DNA from: a virus
DNA length: 64,000 nucleotides
Virus record (IMG/VR): IMGVR_UViG_3300005253_000015
Coordinates: 32,001 to 96,000 of that record
Direction: 5' to 3' (one strand)
The notes below the pieces were generated by a model. The model was given only the letters and a program-made list of their open reading frames with translations, did no database searches and was not told the origin of the DNA. Of the stretch, positions 37,548 through 47,148 are shown in pieces. The translations under genes and the position numbers were made by a program. Position 1 is the first letter of the stretch. Every line of letters begins with the position of its first letter.

Positions 37548-39251
37548 ATGGTAGAAGATGTAGATAGGATACCAATGAAACAGAATGATGAAAAATATGA
37601 GGACTTAATAGATAAATGTCTTTATGGTGGTATGCATAATATAGGACGAGGTGCTGCTTGTAGAATGTTAGCAGCGGAATGTAGTAAACGTATGAAGACC
37701 TATAGTGAAAAGGATAGGGAAGCATATCGGGAAACCATGATTAATGATGCTGGTATCGAGAACTATTATCTTGAGTACGATACTTTTCAAATTAAGGGGA
37801 GTGATGAAGAGTATCAAAAACAGTACGGTTTTAATTTACTATATGACCCTAATGTAAGCGTAGATGAGTATGTTAACAAGAAACTTGAACACCCTTTAGG
37901 AATATGTGATATCGCTCTTTTTGGTGTTGAAACCCAGTTCTCTGAGCTTATAGTAGAGGAATATTTCCAACCTATAAGTAACGATGAGGATTTTAGAATA
38001 ATCGAGAACTTAGTCTTTAAAGATAATATTGAATATAAATATATTCCCAACCCAGCAAGTATTAAAAAGCATTTTGATAATGTTCTAAATGATGATGAGC
38101 GATATAAGATAGCAGAATCGTTAATTCATGTCATAGATATAGAGGACTATTATAAAAAAGAAGTAGCGGCTGCTACAGAGCGTGGTGAAATTATATCTCA
38201 TAATGACCTAGAGATGAAATTAATAGATACAATAGCTACAAAAGGCTTTAAAGCTATATATCGAAAGCATTATGGAAATATTGCTCAATATTATGAAGTA
38301 AATTATCCAGATGTAGTTGAATATATGCCAGATTTAATAAATGCACGGGGTTCACTAAGGATATCAGTTCGGACTGATATAAATAACCCTTTATTACCAA
38401 AAAATAAATATAAAATAGAGTCCACAGCTAGTACAGCTAATACACAGAGCTTTAAGCTTATTAGGAATTTGCAAGTTGATGATGGATTTTCTATTGATAC
38501 TTATGAACAAGTCTTAGGATTACCTGTTAGAGAGTTCTGGAATGAAATTAAGGATGATAAAAAGGATGAAGTTATGCAAAATGCCCTTATCGAAGCTGAT
38601 AACATGGGTTTTGGTCAACAAGTTAAAGACGAATTACGTAATGCAAAAAGTTTTGATGATTTGAAGTCAAAAGAGGTTATAAATGCCATAAAAAGTGGAA
38701 TTATAAATTATTATAATAAAGACGAAATTGTTAATCTATTAGGGAAACGTCCACCTAAATACGAATGGAAACGTAAAAAGTCACTTAGTTGTTATCATAA
38801 TCAATTAGGATGGACAAATTATCCACAGAAGGTCTGGGAGAGATGGGTTGAGATTGAGGAAGCAAGGGACAGAGGCGAGATAACAGACGGACAGGCAAAG
38901 GAATTATATAAATCAATGCAACATATGAAAGAAATGGCTAAAATACAAGGTACGGAGAGGACAGATTTAGATTCATCAGAGAAAAGAGTAAGTGGTACGG
39001 CTTTCATAAAGCCTTCTACCTACCAACCAATACGGCTTAGATTATATGGTTCTCATAAATATATTAATGATATAATGAATGGAACTTCACCTTACACACC
39101 TATTCAAGAAGCAGCCTATTGGAATACTCAGGTTTTAGATAATATAGAGAGTGCTGTTGATGATTGGGAATGGACACAGCTAAGAAAGAATGAGATTATA
39201 CACCCCGAAAAATATGAAGATATTCCGTATACAAAAATGAAAGATGAATGA
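37548..39251 (+). CDS. Large hypothetical protein
   Basis: 567 aa, no motif recognised. Confidence 0.75.
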   Translation: MVEDVDRIPMKQNDEKYEDLIDKCLYGGMHNIGRGAACRMLAAECSKRMKTYSEKDREAYRETMINDAGIENYYLEYDTFQIKGSDEEYQKQYGFNLLYDPNVSVDEYVNKKLEHPLGICDIALFGVETQFSELIVEEYFQPISNDEDFRIIENLVFKDNIEYKYIPNPASIKKHFDNVLNDDERYKIAESLIHVIDIEDYYKKEVAAATERGEIISHNDLEMKLIDTIATKGFKAIYRKHYGNIAQYYEVNYPDVVEYMPDLINARGSLRISVRTDINNPLLPKNKYKIESTASTANTQSFKLIRNLQVDDGFSIDTYEQVLGLPVREFWNEIKDDKKDEVMQNALIEADNMGFGQQVKDELRNAKSFDDLKSKEVINAIKSGIINYYNKDEIVNLLGKRPPKYEWKRKKSLSCYHNQLGWTNYPQKVWERWVEIEEARDRGEITDGQAKELYKSMQHMKEMAKIQGTERTDLDSSEKRVSGTAFIKPSTYQPIRLRLYGSHKYINDIMNGTSPYTPIQEAAYWNTQVLDNIESAVDDWEWTQLRKNEIIHPEKYEDIPYTKMKDE

Positions 39252-39669
39252 TATATGTGAAGCAGAGGTTCTCCCCGAACCTATTAGCTATGTTGATGCC
39301 GTTGTCAAGGTAATGGGATTTACCAAAGAGACAAATAAAGAAGCTGGTTTTATTTTTATATTTGAAGAACAGAAAACTGGTAGAGAACATATTGATAAAA
39401 TATTTTATGGTGATTGTAAGAAAGTTTATATGGATGATATAAAGGGGGATAATAATGCTAACTTTCATACCCATCCAAAGCAAGATTATTGTCATCCAAG
39501 TCCTAGAGATATAGTATTATATACTGGACACCGTCTTGTTATAGGATGTCCACATAAAAGGTTCAAAAATACATTTAGTACAAACGATTTACGTTTTATA
39601 AATGATGAGAATATAAAAAGCTATACAGATGCGATAGAGTTTGAATGTAAGGAGATATATAAAGATTGA
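39244..39669 (+). CDS. JAB/MPN+ (JAMM) metalloprotease-domain protein
   Basis: KEAGF, FHTHP...PSPRD. Confidence 0.75.
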   Translation: MNDICEAEVLPEPISYVDAVVKVMGFTKETNKEAGFIFIFEEQKTGREHIDKIFYGDCKKVYMDDIKGDNNANFHTHPKQDYCHPSPRDIVLYTGHRLVIGCPHKRFKNTFSTNDLRFINDENIKSYTDAIEFECKEIYKD

Positions 39670-39878
39670 TATGTTATAATTGTGGGAATGATATTCCAAT
39701 GGGATGTATGTTTTGCCAAGATTGTTATAATAAACTTATAAAGAAAGGTACGATAAGATATACTGATAGTCATATTATACACCAATCTAAATGTATTAAA
39801 TGTGGAAAAGAAATACCATGCTCATGCATAGTGTGTGAAGTATGTTATAAAGAATTATTAGAGGAGAAAAAAGATTAA
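39666..39878 (+). CDS. Double zinc-ribbon protein
   Basis: Four CxxC. Confidence 0.7.
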   Translation: MICYNCGNDIPMGCMFCQDCYNKLIKKGTIRYTDSHIIHQSKCIKCGKEIPCSCIVCEVCYKELLEEKKD

Positions 39879-40381
39879 TGACGAAAAAAAGGTCAACTTA
39901 TATTGCTATAGATGAGGCATGGTTAAGGAAGGAATATAAAAAAGGTCGTACCATGATAGACATTGGTAAGGAGTTAGGGGTTAGTAAGTCTACCATTGGC
40001 TTAAGAATGAAGGAATTTGGAATTAAAACCAGATTTGCTCCATGTGGCGAGGATAATCCAGTTTGGAAGGGTGGTAAAACTATACATGAAGACGGATATA
40101 TACAAATTCGTTGTACTACACATCCAAGAGCACATCAAAGTGGCTATGTATTTGAACATATACTTGTAATGGAAGAGCATCTTGGTAGGTATATAACACT
40201 AGATGAGAAAATACACCATATAGATTATGATAAAAGTAATAATAATATAGGAAATCTAGCGTTGTTAGAAAGTAGAAGTGCTCATAATAAGATAGTTAAA
40301 TCTCTCTATAATTTAATACCAAAATTATTAGATAAATGTTTAATATATAATAAAAAAGATAATAAATATTATGAAATATAA
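39878..40381 (+). CDS. HNH homing endonuclease with HTH
   Basis: NPVWKGG, YVFEHILVME..LGR, IHHIDYDKSNNNIGNL. Confidence 0.85.
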   Translation: MTKKRSTYIAIDEAWLRKEYKKGRTMIDIGKELGVSKSTIGLRMKEFGIKTRFAPCGEDNPVWKGGKTIHEDGYIQIRCTTHPRAHQSGYVFEHILVMEEHLGRYITLDEKIHHIDYDKSNNNIGNLALLESRSAHNKIVKSLYNLIPKLLDKCLIYNKKDNKYYEI

Positions 40382-40808
40382 AAATCATTTTCTTATTACA
40401 GTAATCATTTTTATAATATTATGGCTCATAGTCCCAGAAGTTCAGATAACAGAGATTATATTTCCAAGTGTATTAGCTACGTTTCCTGATATTGATAAAC
40501 AGTTCAAGATTTTGGGGCATAGGTCAGCTGTAACACATTCTATAATAATTCCCTTTATAGTGTATTTATTTAACCCATACATGGACTATCTTTTAATTAT
40601 GTTATCAATAACGATACACGGTTTACTTGATATTAGGATTAGTAAAAAAAAGCAAGTGGGATATTACACTATTAAATGGTTTGGCTATAGTATTGGTGCT
40701 GGTAAATGGCGTTATAAGGGTATGAATGGTAAAAACTCTACTATATGGTTGAGCCTAAATTTTTTTATATCACTTAGTCTATTTATATATGTAATAGGTG
40801 CTAATTAA
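40371..40808 (+). CDS. Membrane-bound metal-dependent hydrolase (YdjM-like)
   Basis: H, FPDID, GHR..THS, HGLLD, TM helices. Confidence 0.8.
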   Translation: MKYKNHFLITVIIFIILWLIVPEVQITEIIFPSVLATFPDIDKQFKILGHRSAVTHSIIIPFIVYLFNPYMDYLLIMLSITIHGLLDIRISKKKQVGYYTIKWFGYSIGAGKWRYKGMNGKNSTIWLSLNFFISLSLFIYVIGAN

Positions 40809-41161
40809 TGAATAAAAAAGCTAGAGATGTATTATGGAGAAGAGTAATAGCACAAGGTCTGAAAGAGGAATCAGAAAAAAGAAGTCAATATTTAGCATCA
40901 GAAGAGGGAAAACAACATATTAGTGATATAGGGGTAAAACATCGAGAAAGTAGGGAAAGATTAAAAGAAAAACAACGTATAGTTAGAGAATTAAAAAGTA
41001 AATGTGATAAAGACGAACATGGACATACATTGTATCTATCTACAATTAGCTTACAAACAAAAGTAGAGGCATATCATTATAAAAATGAGAGATTCCCCGT
41101 AGGTTTCTACTGTCCTATATGTGGGGAGTTATACAACTTAAAATGTAAGAAATGTGAATAG
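40808..41161 (+). CDS. Hypothetical protein with C-terminal Zn finger
   Basis: C..H, CPICG. Confidence 0.6.
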   Translation: MNKKARDVLWRRVIAQGLKEESEKRSQYLASEEGKQHISDIGVKHRESRERLKEKQRIVRELKSKCDKDEHGHTLYLSTISLQTKVEAYHYKNERFPVGFYCPICGELYNLKCKKCE

Positions 41162-41171
41162 GTGCTAATTA

Positions 41172-41531
41172 ATGCCGACTAGAATGGGGAATATATCTGC
41201 TGATGAGCTTGATATTAATGAGATAAAGAAATTATATTATGGTCAATGTCGAACTATTGATGAATTAGCAGATGAACTTAATGCTGATTATAGTGCTGTT
41301 AGGAAGCGTATGGGTATTGAGGGGATGTATATTAGAAATAAAGATGATGCTAAGAAGCATAGACGATATGCTGAATGTCGTTGGAGAGTACCATGTTATA
41401 AATTGAAGATAGATTATAGGGATAAAGTCAAGTCAATTAGTAAAATTTCAAAAGAGTCTGGATTAGGAAAACACAGACTTAAACAATGTTTAGAAATATG
41501 TAAAATACCATTATATAAAGAGGATAGATAA
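41172..41531 (+). CDS. Double-HTH protein (HNH-associated HTH without nuclease)
   Basis: LYY...TIDELA..L...AVRKRM; second SISKISKE. Confidence 0.65.
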   Translation: MPTRMGNISADELDINEIKKLYYGQCRTIDELADELNADYSAVRKRMGIEGMYIRNKDDAKKHRRYAECRWRVPCYKLKIDYRDKVKSISKISKESGLGKHRLKQCLEICKIPLYKEDR

Positions 41532-41776
41532 TGTCTAATATAAAAGAGAAGTTTATTGAGAATACTATCAATCTAAGTCTTGGTGCTTTAAAGGCAAGAG
41601 AGATATTTGAGGGGTCTCGAAGGGTTGCTAATGATAATCCTTTAAGAAAAATTCAGAATATTATTTCTGTTGTTATAGGCGAAATTAAATATTATATTGA
41701 TAATAATATATTAGGTAAGTATCAAGAGAAAGTTCACGATTTTTTAAGTGATTTGTTTTTAGGTAGTTATAAATAA
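41531..41776 (+). CDS. Hypothetical protein
   Basis: 81 aa, TAATG coupling. Confidence 0.55.
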   Translation: MSNIKEKFIENTINLSLGALKAREIFEGSRRVANDNPLRKIQNIISVVIGEIKYYIDNNILGKYQEKVHDFLSDLFLGSYK

Positions 41777-41788
41777 TGAGGGAATTAG

Positions 41789-42238
41789 ATGGCTGATTTA
41801 GATAAATGTGTTAATGACTTATTGGATATGTATTTATATGCTCATGAAGTAGTGGAATTAACCACAATTGAAATGGAGAAAGGTGTGCAAGACTTTTTTC
41901 GTGAGACGGAGATTAGTATTGAATCAATGGAAGAGAGTGAAGCCTTTTCAAGAATGATTGGTGATAATATAGCTGAACTTATTAATATCACCAATAATTT
42001 AAAAAAGTGTGTTCTTAATAATAAAGTTATTACTCCTCTTATCGCTGGTATGAAACATACATGTATACCATTTAATAATACTCTCGACACATTGTTTAAT
42101 AAATATGTTAAAAATCTTAAAGATAATTATAATAGTAATTCAAAAAGGTCAATGGAGAGTTTAGATATATTAGTTAGGGCTCAAATAATTAAAGAAACTG
42201 CTATAGGAGCTATATCAAGCTATAGATGTAAAAAATGA
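41789..42238 (+). CDS. Helical hypothetical protein
   Basis: 149 aa, GAGGG SD. Confidence 0.6.
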   Translation: MADLDKCVNDLLDMYLYAHEVVELTTIEMEKGVQDFFRETEISIESMEESEAFSRMIGDNIAELINITNNLKKCVLNNKVITPLIAGMKHTCIPFNNTLDTLFNKYVKNLKDNYNSNSKRSMESLDILVRAQIIKETAIGAISSYRCKK

Positions 42239-42257
42239 ATAATGAGGTGATGACATC

Positions 42258-42746
42258 ATGACGGCTGAGGGAGTATTAAAAAAAGCAATAAATATTTTTG
42301 GTATTACGGATAAATGTTTAATAAGTAGTTTCATCCTTCCCGATGGAAATGTTCTAGATATAAGAAGTAGCTATGATGGTCATCATCAAGAGCATAGTGC
42401 TGTAGCCGAAATATACCCCTCTAGTCTTGAATATCATGCTCCTTTTATATTCATGCAAGATGCTTCCGCTTTATCTTTGTACACTTTTAAGAATCAGTTT
42501 GGACTTGATATAAGTATACAGAATGATGTATCTAAAAAGCAATGGGATAAATTGGAAGAATGTATATGTTATTATGATTCAGAGAAAACTAAGAAAGTTC
42601 ATTATGGTTTTTTGGATGAAATCTCTAATTTATTTCCAAAAACTATAGTATATGAAATATCTTCTACTACACCGAAGGAATGCATTGATATGATTAAAAA
42701 GATTAAAAGACACCATAAGGATATAATGATTGAAAAAGGTAAATAA
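42258..42746 (+). CDS. Hypothetical protein with FILPDG..LD / EH motif
   Basis: GAGGTGA SD. Confidence 0.65.
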   Translation: MTAEGVLKKAINIFGITDKCLISSFILPDGNVLDIRSSYDGHHQEHSAVAEIYPSSLEYHAPFIFMQDASALSLYTFKNQFGLDISIQNDVSKKQWDKLEECICYYDSEKTKKVHYGFLDEISNLFPKTIVYEISSTTPKECIDMIKKIKRHHKDIMIEKGK

Positions 42747-42775
42747 AGAGGTGATGGCATCATGACTGGTACAAC

Positions 42776-42970
42776 GTGATGTCAGTTATATATAAAAGAG
42801 ACCATAAAAAAAAGAAAAAGTTTCCACGAGTCAATCACCGAAACTATCATATCGCAAATCGTAATAAAGCGAAACGTAGAATCTATCGTAGAAGTGGATG
42901 GAAAATTTTAAGATTCCCAGATTATTTTATGGAAATAGATAAATTTCCATATATAGTTAAAAGAAAGTAA
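42776..42970 (+). CDS. Small basic protein whose C-terminus is duplicated beyond the HNH gene
   Basis: Ends FPYIVKRK; relic YPYIIKKVQKD at 43489. Confidence 0.6.
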   Translation: MMSVIYKRDHKKKKKFPRVNHRNYHIANRNKAKRRIYRRSGWKILRFPDYFMEIDKFPYIVKRK

Positions 42971-43001
42971 AGTTTATAATTATTAATTCATATTATCCAA
43001 T

Positions 43002-43484
43002 ATGAGTGAGTTCAATAAACTTTACCATGAATATATTACTAAAGGGAAGTCTTGTAAAGAGATTGCAAAAGATATTGGGATGTCTGCATCTGGATTATAT
43101 AAAAAACTCGCTAAACTTAGAATAAGGAAGGTTAAGGGAAGCTTTGTAAGTGGTAAAAACCATCATCAATGGAAGGGTGGTAGAGTTATCAAAAATGGTT
43201 ATATTAGAGTATATTCCCCAGAACATCCATATAGAGACTATGATAGATATGTAGCAGCACACCATTTGATTATGGAGAAAAAGATTGGGCGATATATATT
43301 AAAGGGTGAGGAAGTACATCATATTAATGGTGATAAATTAAATAATAATATTGACAATCTCTTTCTTTCAACTAAAAGGGAACATGCAGCCTTACATCAA
43401 CAACTTCAATGTATAGGAAAGGAATTATATAAAAGAGGAATAATCGGTTTTAATAATAAAATCGGTCAATATTATATCAAATAA
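43002..43484 (+). CDS. HNH homing endonuclease with HTH
   Basis: HHQWKGG, HHLIME..IGR, VHHINGDKLNNNIDNL. Confidence 0.85.
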   Translation: MSEFNKLYHEYITKGKSCKEIAKDIGMSASGLYKKLAKLRIRKVKGSFVSGKNHHQWKGGRVIKNGYIRVYSPEHPYRDYDRYVAAHHLIMEKKIGRYILKGEEVHHINGDKLNNNIDNLFLSTKREHAALHQQLQCIGKELYKRGIIGFNNKIGQYYIK

Positions 43485-43485
43485 G

Positions 43486-43524
43486 ATTTACCCATATATT
43501 ATTAAAAAAGTCCAAAAGGACTAA
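43486..43524 (+). pseudogene. Stranded duplicate 3' fragment of 42776..42970 (IYPYIIKKVQKD*)
   Basis: CCATATAT..TTAAAA DNA and PYI(V/I)K(R/K) protein match. Confidence 0.6.
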
Positions 43525-43574
43525 ATTTTTTTTCTTTATTAAAATTTATATAATCTGGTGTTGTATTATACATT

Positions 43575-43994
43575 ATGGATTTAACAAAAAAACAAAAAAT
43601 TGCATTGGGTGTTGGTATACCCGTTGGCTTACTCTCTATTTTAGCAATAAGTAAAATGTCGGGTACATTTACTAGACGTGGAATAGGTCAACCAGCACCG
43701 AGAAAGAAAATCCTACCATCTATATTAACAAGACGTAGGAGAGGATACAATTCTGGAGAATGGGTTACTACACCTCAATATCCTATTAGAAACATTGTTG
43801 ACTTGCCTAGACAAATTAGGGGTAGAGGTAGTATAATTGAAGGTGGTAGAGCTTCTCAATTCAGTATTACTCCCCCTGACATAAGAGCTGCTACTACTAA
43901 GGATGAACTAGAAGCATATTTAGAAAGAAAAGAAGCTAGACGAATGCTTAAAATATATGATAGAAATAGAGCATTAATACAAGCCGCAGGGTGA
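43575..43994 (+). CDS. N-terminally anchored Arg-rich membrane protein
   Basis: TM IALGVGIPVGLLSILAI, basic tail. Confidence 0.7.
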   Translation: MDLTKKQKIALGVGIPVGLLSILAISKMSGTFTRRGIGQPAPRKKILPSILTRRRRGYNSGEWVTTPQYPIRNIVDLPRQIRGRGSIIEGGRASQFSITPPDIRAATTKDELEAYLERKEARRMLKIYDRNRALIQAAG

Positions 43995-44452
43995 GATTAA
44001 TTATGCCATTTAAACATAAAGCTTGGAAACTTCAAGAAGCACAAGCAGAGGAAAAACGTCATGATATTTTAGACCAGCAATCTTTGGCTGAGAGCAATAA
44101 GGCAAGAGTAGCTGGAGCATTAGAGACAAAAAGAAATTGGCAACGTAATCAACAGTTAAAGACAGATAGAGAAGTTGCTGAAAGATTGGCTCGTGATAAA
44201 AGGGAGGCTGTACGAAAGGAAGAGAGAAAACGTAAGAAACATGATTCTAAATATTACACAGATAAAAAAAGGTCTGAGAAAAATGTTGGTCGTCAAAGGG
44301 ATGTGGGTATTACAGAGCATAGGTATCGTGGCGAGAGTAATCTACGACCACAACCAGCACCAAGAAGGAGAGCTATTCCTAAGTCCATAGAAGAAAGACG
44401 TGCTATTAATAGGAAGCAAGTCCATGATATGGGTATAAATGGTCAGCGTTAA
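43991..44452 (+). CDS. Basic coiled-coil protein
   Basis: R/K-rich. Confidence 0.65.
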   Translation: MRLIMPFKHKAWKLQEAQAEEKRHDILDQQSLAESNKARVAGALETKRNWQRNQQLKTDREVAERLARDKREAVRKEERKRKKHDSKYYTDKKRSEKNVGRQRDVGITEHRYRGESNLRPQPAPRRRAIPKSIEERRAINRKQVHDMGINGQR

Positions 44453-44904
44453 AAAGTAATGGAAAAATCTTTAGTTGGCTTATTTTCTATTTTAAAATCC
44501 ATGAAGCAATTAGGGCATCTATAATGAAAATAGTCTGGGTCATCATTCTGAGAATGTAATGAAAATATTGATATCATACTACCATCTACTCCCTTACATT
44601 TAGGGCATATATATACACCATTTATTATAACTGGGTCATATTTATTTCCAGATAAATCCTCGAATTGCTCCTCTTTATTAGTCCAATCTTCTTTCATAGT
44701 GGTATATCCAGCTGAAGCCAGTTCTGTTTTTATATCTGGAATATACATTCTCATTGAAACACTTTTTCTGTCTGTGGCACATACATATCTAAATATCACG
44801 AGTTTGTCATACCCTTCTTTATCACTAGCAATTACTGCTGGTTTGGATACCATCATTGATTTACCACATTCGTTACACAAAATCTCTACTATTGGAAAAG
44901 TCAT
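44449..44904 (-). CDS. Zinc-ribbon protein
   Basis: CNEC, CPKC, CPNC. Confidence 0.7.
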   Translation of the reverse strand: MTFPIVEILCNECGKSMMVSKPAVIASDKEGYDKLVIFRYVCATDRKSVSMRMYIPDIKTELASAGYTTMKEDWTNKEEQFEDLSGNKYDPVIINGVYICPKCKGVDGSMISIFSLHSQNDDPDYFHYRCPNCFMDFKIENKPTKDFSITF

Positions 44905-44950
44905 GCTAACACCAATTTACCTCTATATATTTTTATCATTATTGGAAATT

Positions 44951-45199
44951 CTATGATTCATCACCTTCTTTTTTGAAAGGTCGTTTAAACCATGTTTTTA
45001 ATATAAAAGGTATTACATCATGCATATCAATAATATCTTCTTTCTTTATTTTTATTATATATGTGCTATTACATGTAGTAGTTTTACCTAATAATGATAT
45101 ACTTATTTTACCACATTCATTTGTTGGATAATGAAAAACTTGTCCACATTTCTCACAAGCATAATATTCTTCTTGATAATTCATATTATTTCTCAACAA
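44951..45199 (-). CDS. Zinc-finger protein
   Basis: CEKC..C..C. Confidence 0.6.
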   Translation of the reverse strand: MLRNNMNYQEEYYACEKCGQVFHYPTNECGKISISLLGKTTTCNSTYIIKIKKEDIIDMHDVIPFILKTWFKRPFKKEGDES

Positions 45200-45557
45200 C
45201 TCCTTTTTTTAATCCTATTATTAATATAAATTTGAAAAGCTCTTTTATTGTAATATCTCCAAAAGGAGAAAAATATATAAATTCAGATGTTAATTGATTA
45301 GCAATTATTTTAAAGTCTGCTGTTTTTATGAATATTTCCATTCCTATCATATTATCTTTTTCTATTTTAATAATATTTGTAGGAAGTATTTTGCTTTTAT
45401 TAAGTAAATTAATGGTTTTGTCTAAAGCCTCTCTGTTTTCTTTTGTATCTGGAACATACTCATTATATTTTTCATACCAAATACCATTTTCTTTCCATAT
45501 TGAAATATCCCATCTCTCTGGTTGTATTATATCCATTTTTACATTACTCTGTTTCAA
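45186..45557 (-). CDS. Hypothetical protein
   Basis: ORF in minus-strand array. Confidence 0.55.
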   Translation of the reverse strand: MKQSNVKMDIIQPERWDISIWKENGIWYEKYNEYVPDTKENREALDKTINLLNKSKILPTNIIKIEKDNMIGMEIFIKTADFKIIANQLTSEFIYFSPFGDITIKELFKFILIIGLKKGVVEK

Positions 45558-45699
45558 TCTTTTTCTTTAGTATTATTTCTAATCTATCTAACATTCTCAT
45601 ACTATTATTCCTAACCCCTTCATGCTCTTCTGCTTGAAAATAACCCCGAAGTTGATTTATTATATTTTCTACTTCTTGCATATCATTTAAAACCATTTT

Positions 45700-45924
45700 T
45701 TACATCAACTCCCTTCTTTTTTTAAAATAACTATCTCTTTTTTTTATATTATCTGGATGCCTACACCATTTTAAAGGATAGAAAACGTCTTCTTTATTAC
45801 CAGTATAGTACCGACAGAAAAGACATACATCCTCTACATTTATCTCTCCCTCATGGATAGGACATCCCGTAAATATTAAACTCATAATTCTATCTCTATT
45901 TTGTATGTTTCTTTTATAGGACAC
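45700..45924 (-). CDS. Small Cys-rich protein
   Basis: CP..CLFC..C. Confidence 0.5.
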   Translation of the reverse strand: MSYKRNIQNRDRIMSLIFTGCPIHEGEINVEDVCLFCRYYTGNKEDVFYPLKWCRHPDNIKKRDSYFKKRRELM

Positions 45925-46050
45925 ATTTTTTCAAAGCAAAAATAACAACACTGCCGACCACAAGAACAGCAAATATCTCTATCTTTATTCCATATTGTAC
46001 ATATATTCATACAGCCCATTGATGCTGGTATAAGTTTAGTTATAACCGTT

Positions 46051-46239
46051 TTAACACCACCCCTTTAAATCATAGTTTCCTTCTTCAATCCTATTTCTTA
46101 ACAGTTTTATATAAGCAATCATCGCTTCATACTTAACTTTATCTTCATAATTTGGTGGTGGTATTGTATAGATTGACTTCAAACACACATCTGTATTTAT
46201 ATCAAGCCATTCTAATAACAGTTCTTTATTGAGACTCAT
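46051..46239 (-). CDS. Hypothetical protein
   Basis: 62 aa, GGGTG SD. Confidence 0.55.
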   Translation of the reverse strand: MSLNKELLLEWLDINTDVCLKSIYTIPPPNYEDKVKYEAMIAYIKLLRNRIEEGNYDLKGWC

Positions 46240-46821
46240 TTTAATATTTACACCCTATGCATATTGGTTTTTCTTTCCTTTTATTTGATAATTTCCAGCG
46301 AATCCACCATTTAAATGGCATAACAAGATTTATACCGCATATTCTACATTTTTCTTTTATATCCATTTTAATATTGTTCCTTCTTCTTTTTGTTTACTTC
46401 TTTCATAACAAATATCACAAATTCCATCCTTATTATTTTTTCTCATATTTCTTGGTAGACTCTCATAAGTAAGCCCACACTGTTTACAAGTAAATTCTAT
46501 TGATTTAATCTTTATCTTTACTGTCATACCAATCCTCTATGTTTGATAACATATCACATTCCCAACACTCAACTATTCCCCCAGTTAAATGTCTTTTAAC
46601 AGATTCCTTTTTACATTTTGGACATGTTTCAGTCATTATTATTCCTTATTTACCTTTTTAAGTATTTTACCACAATAAGGGCAGTATTTAATTTCTGAAG
46701 TTTGACAATCAGTTGTACCACAATAATGTCCATGAATCTCCCACTTTCCAAAATACCCTTTTTGTATAATATCCTCATCATAAGCATTTGTAAATTCTTT
46801 ACAACAATATCCAGTCATTAT

Positions 46822-47148
46822 TTATGTCTCTCCGTGAGTTTTTGAGTTCTTTATATCCCAATCAATAACAATTACAGCATTACTATTGGGATATTCAAGT
46901 CTGATTTTTCTATGAAAATAAATGTTATGGTCTTTATTACATATCCAATACATTCTACCGTGATTATAGTTAGTACACTTAATACAGTTATTAGAGAGCC
47001 TAAGTGTATTTATATAATCAATAACAGTCCTTTTAGAGTACGCATTTAGATAAACTTCGATTAGCTGTAATATGTCTCTTTTTATCTTATCAAACTCTTC
47101 CTTAGATATTATTTCATACAATGCTTTTTCATATTCGTTCTCGTTCAT
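46822..47148 (-). CDS. Hypothetical protein
   Basis: 108 aa, TAATG coupling. Confidence 0.6.
   Translation of the reverse strand: MNENEYEKALYEIISKEEFDKIKRDILQLIEVYLNAYSKRTVIDYINTLRLSNNCIKCTNYNHGRMYWICNKDHNIYFHRKIRLEYPNSNAVIVIDWDIKNSKTHGET
46834..46849. repeat. 16-bp direct repeat GTGAGTTTTTGAGTTC (also 48092-48107; 1 mismatch at 48395-48410)
   Basis: Direct reading. Confidence 0.75.

Noticed and set aside
42762-42911. TGA-readthrough (selenoprotein) ORF MTGTT*CQLY...
   Set aside because: The overlapping 42776..42970 frame is supported by its duplicated C-terminus; no SECIS nearby
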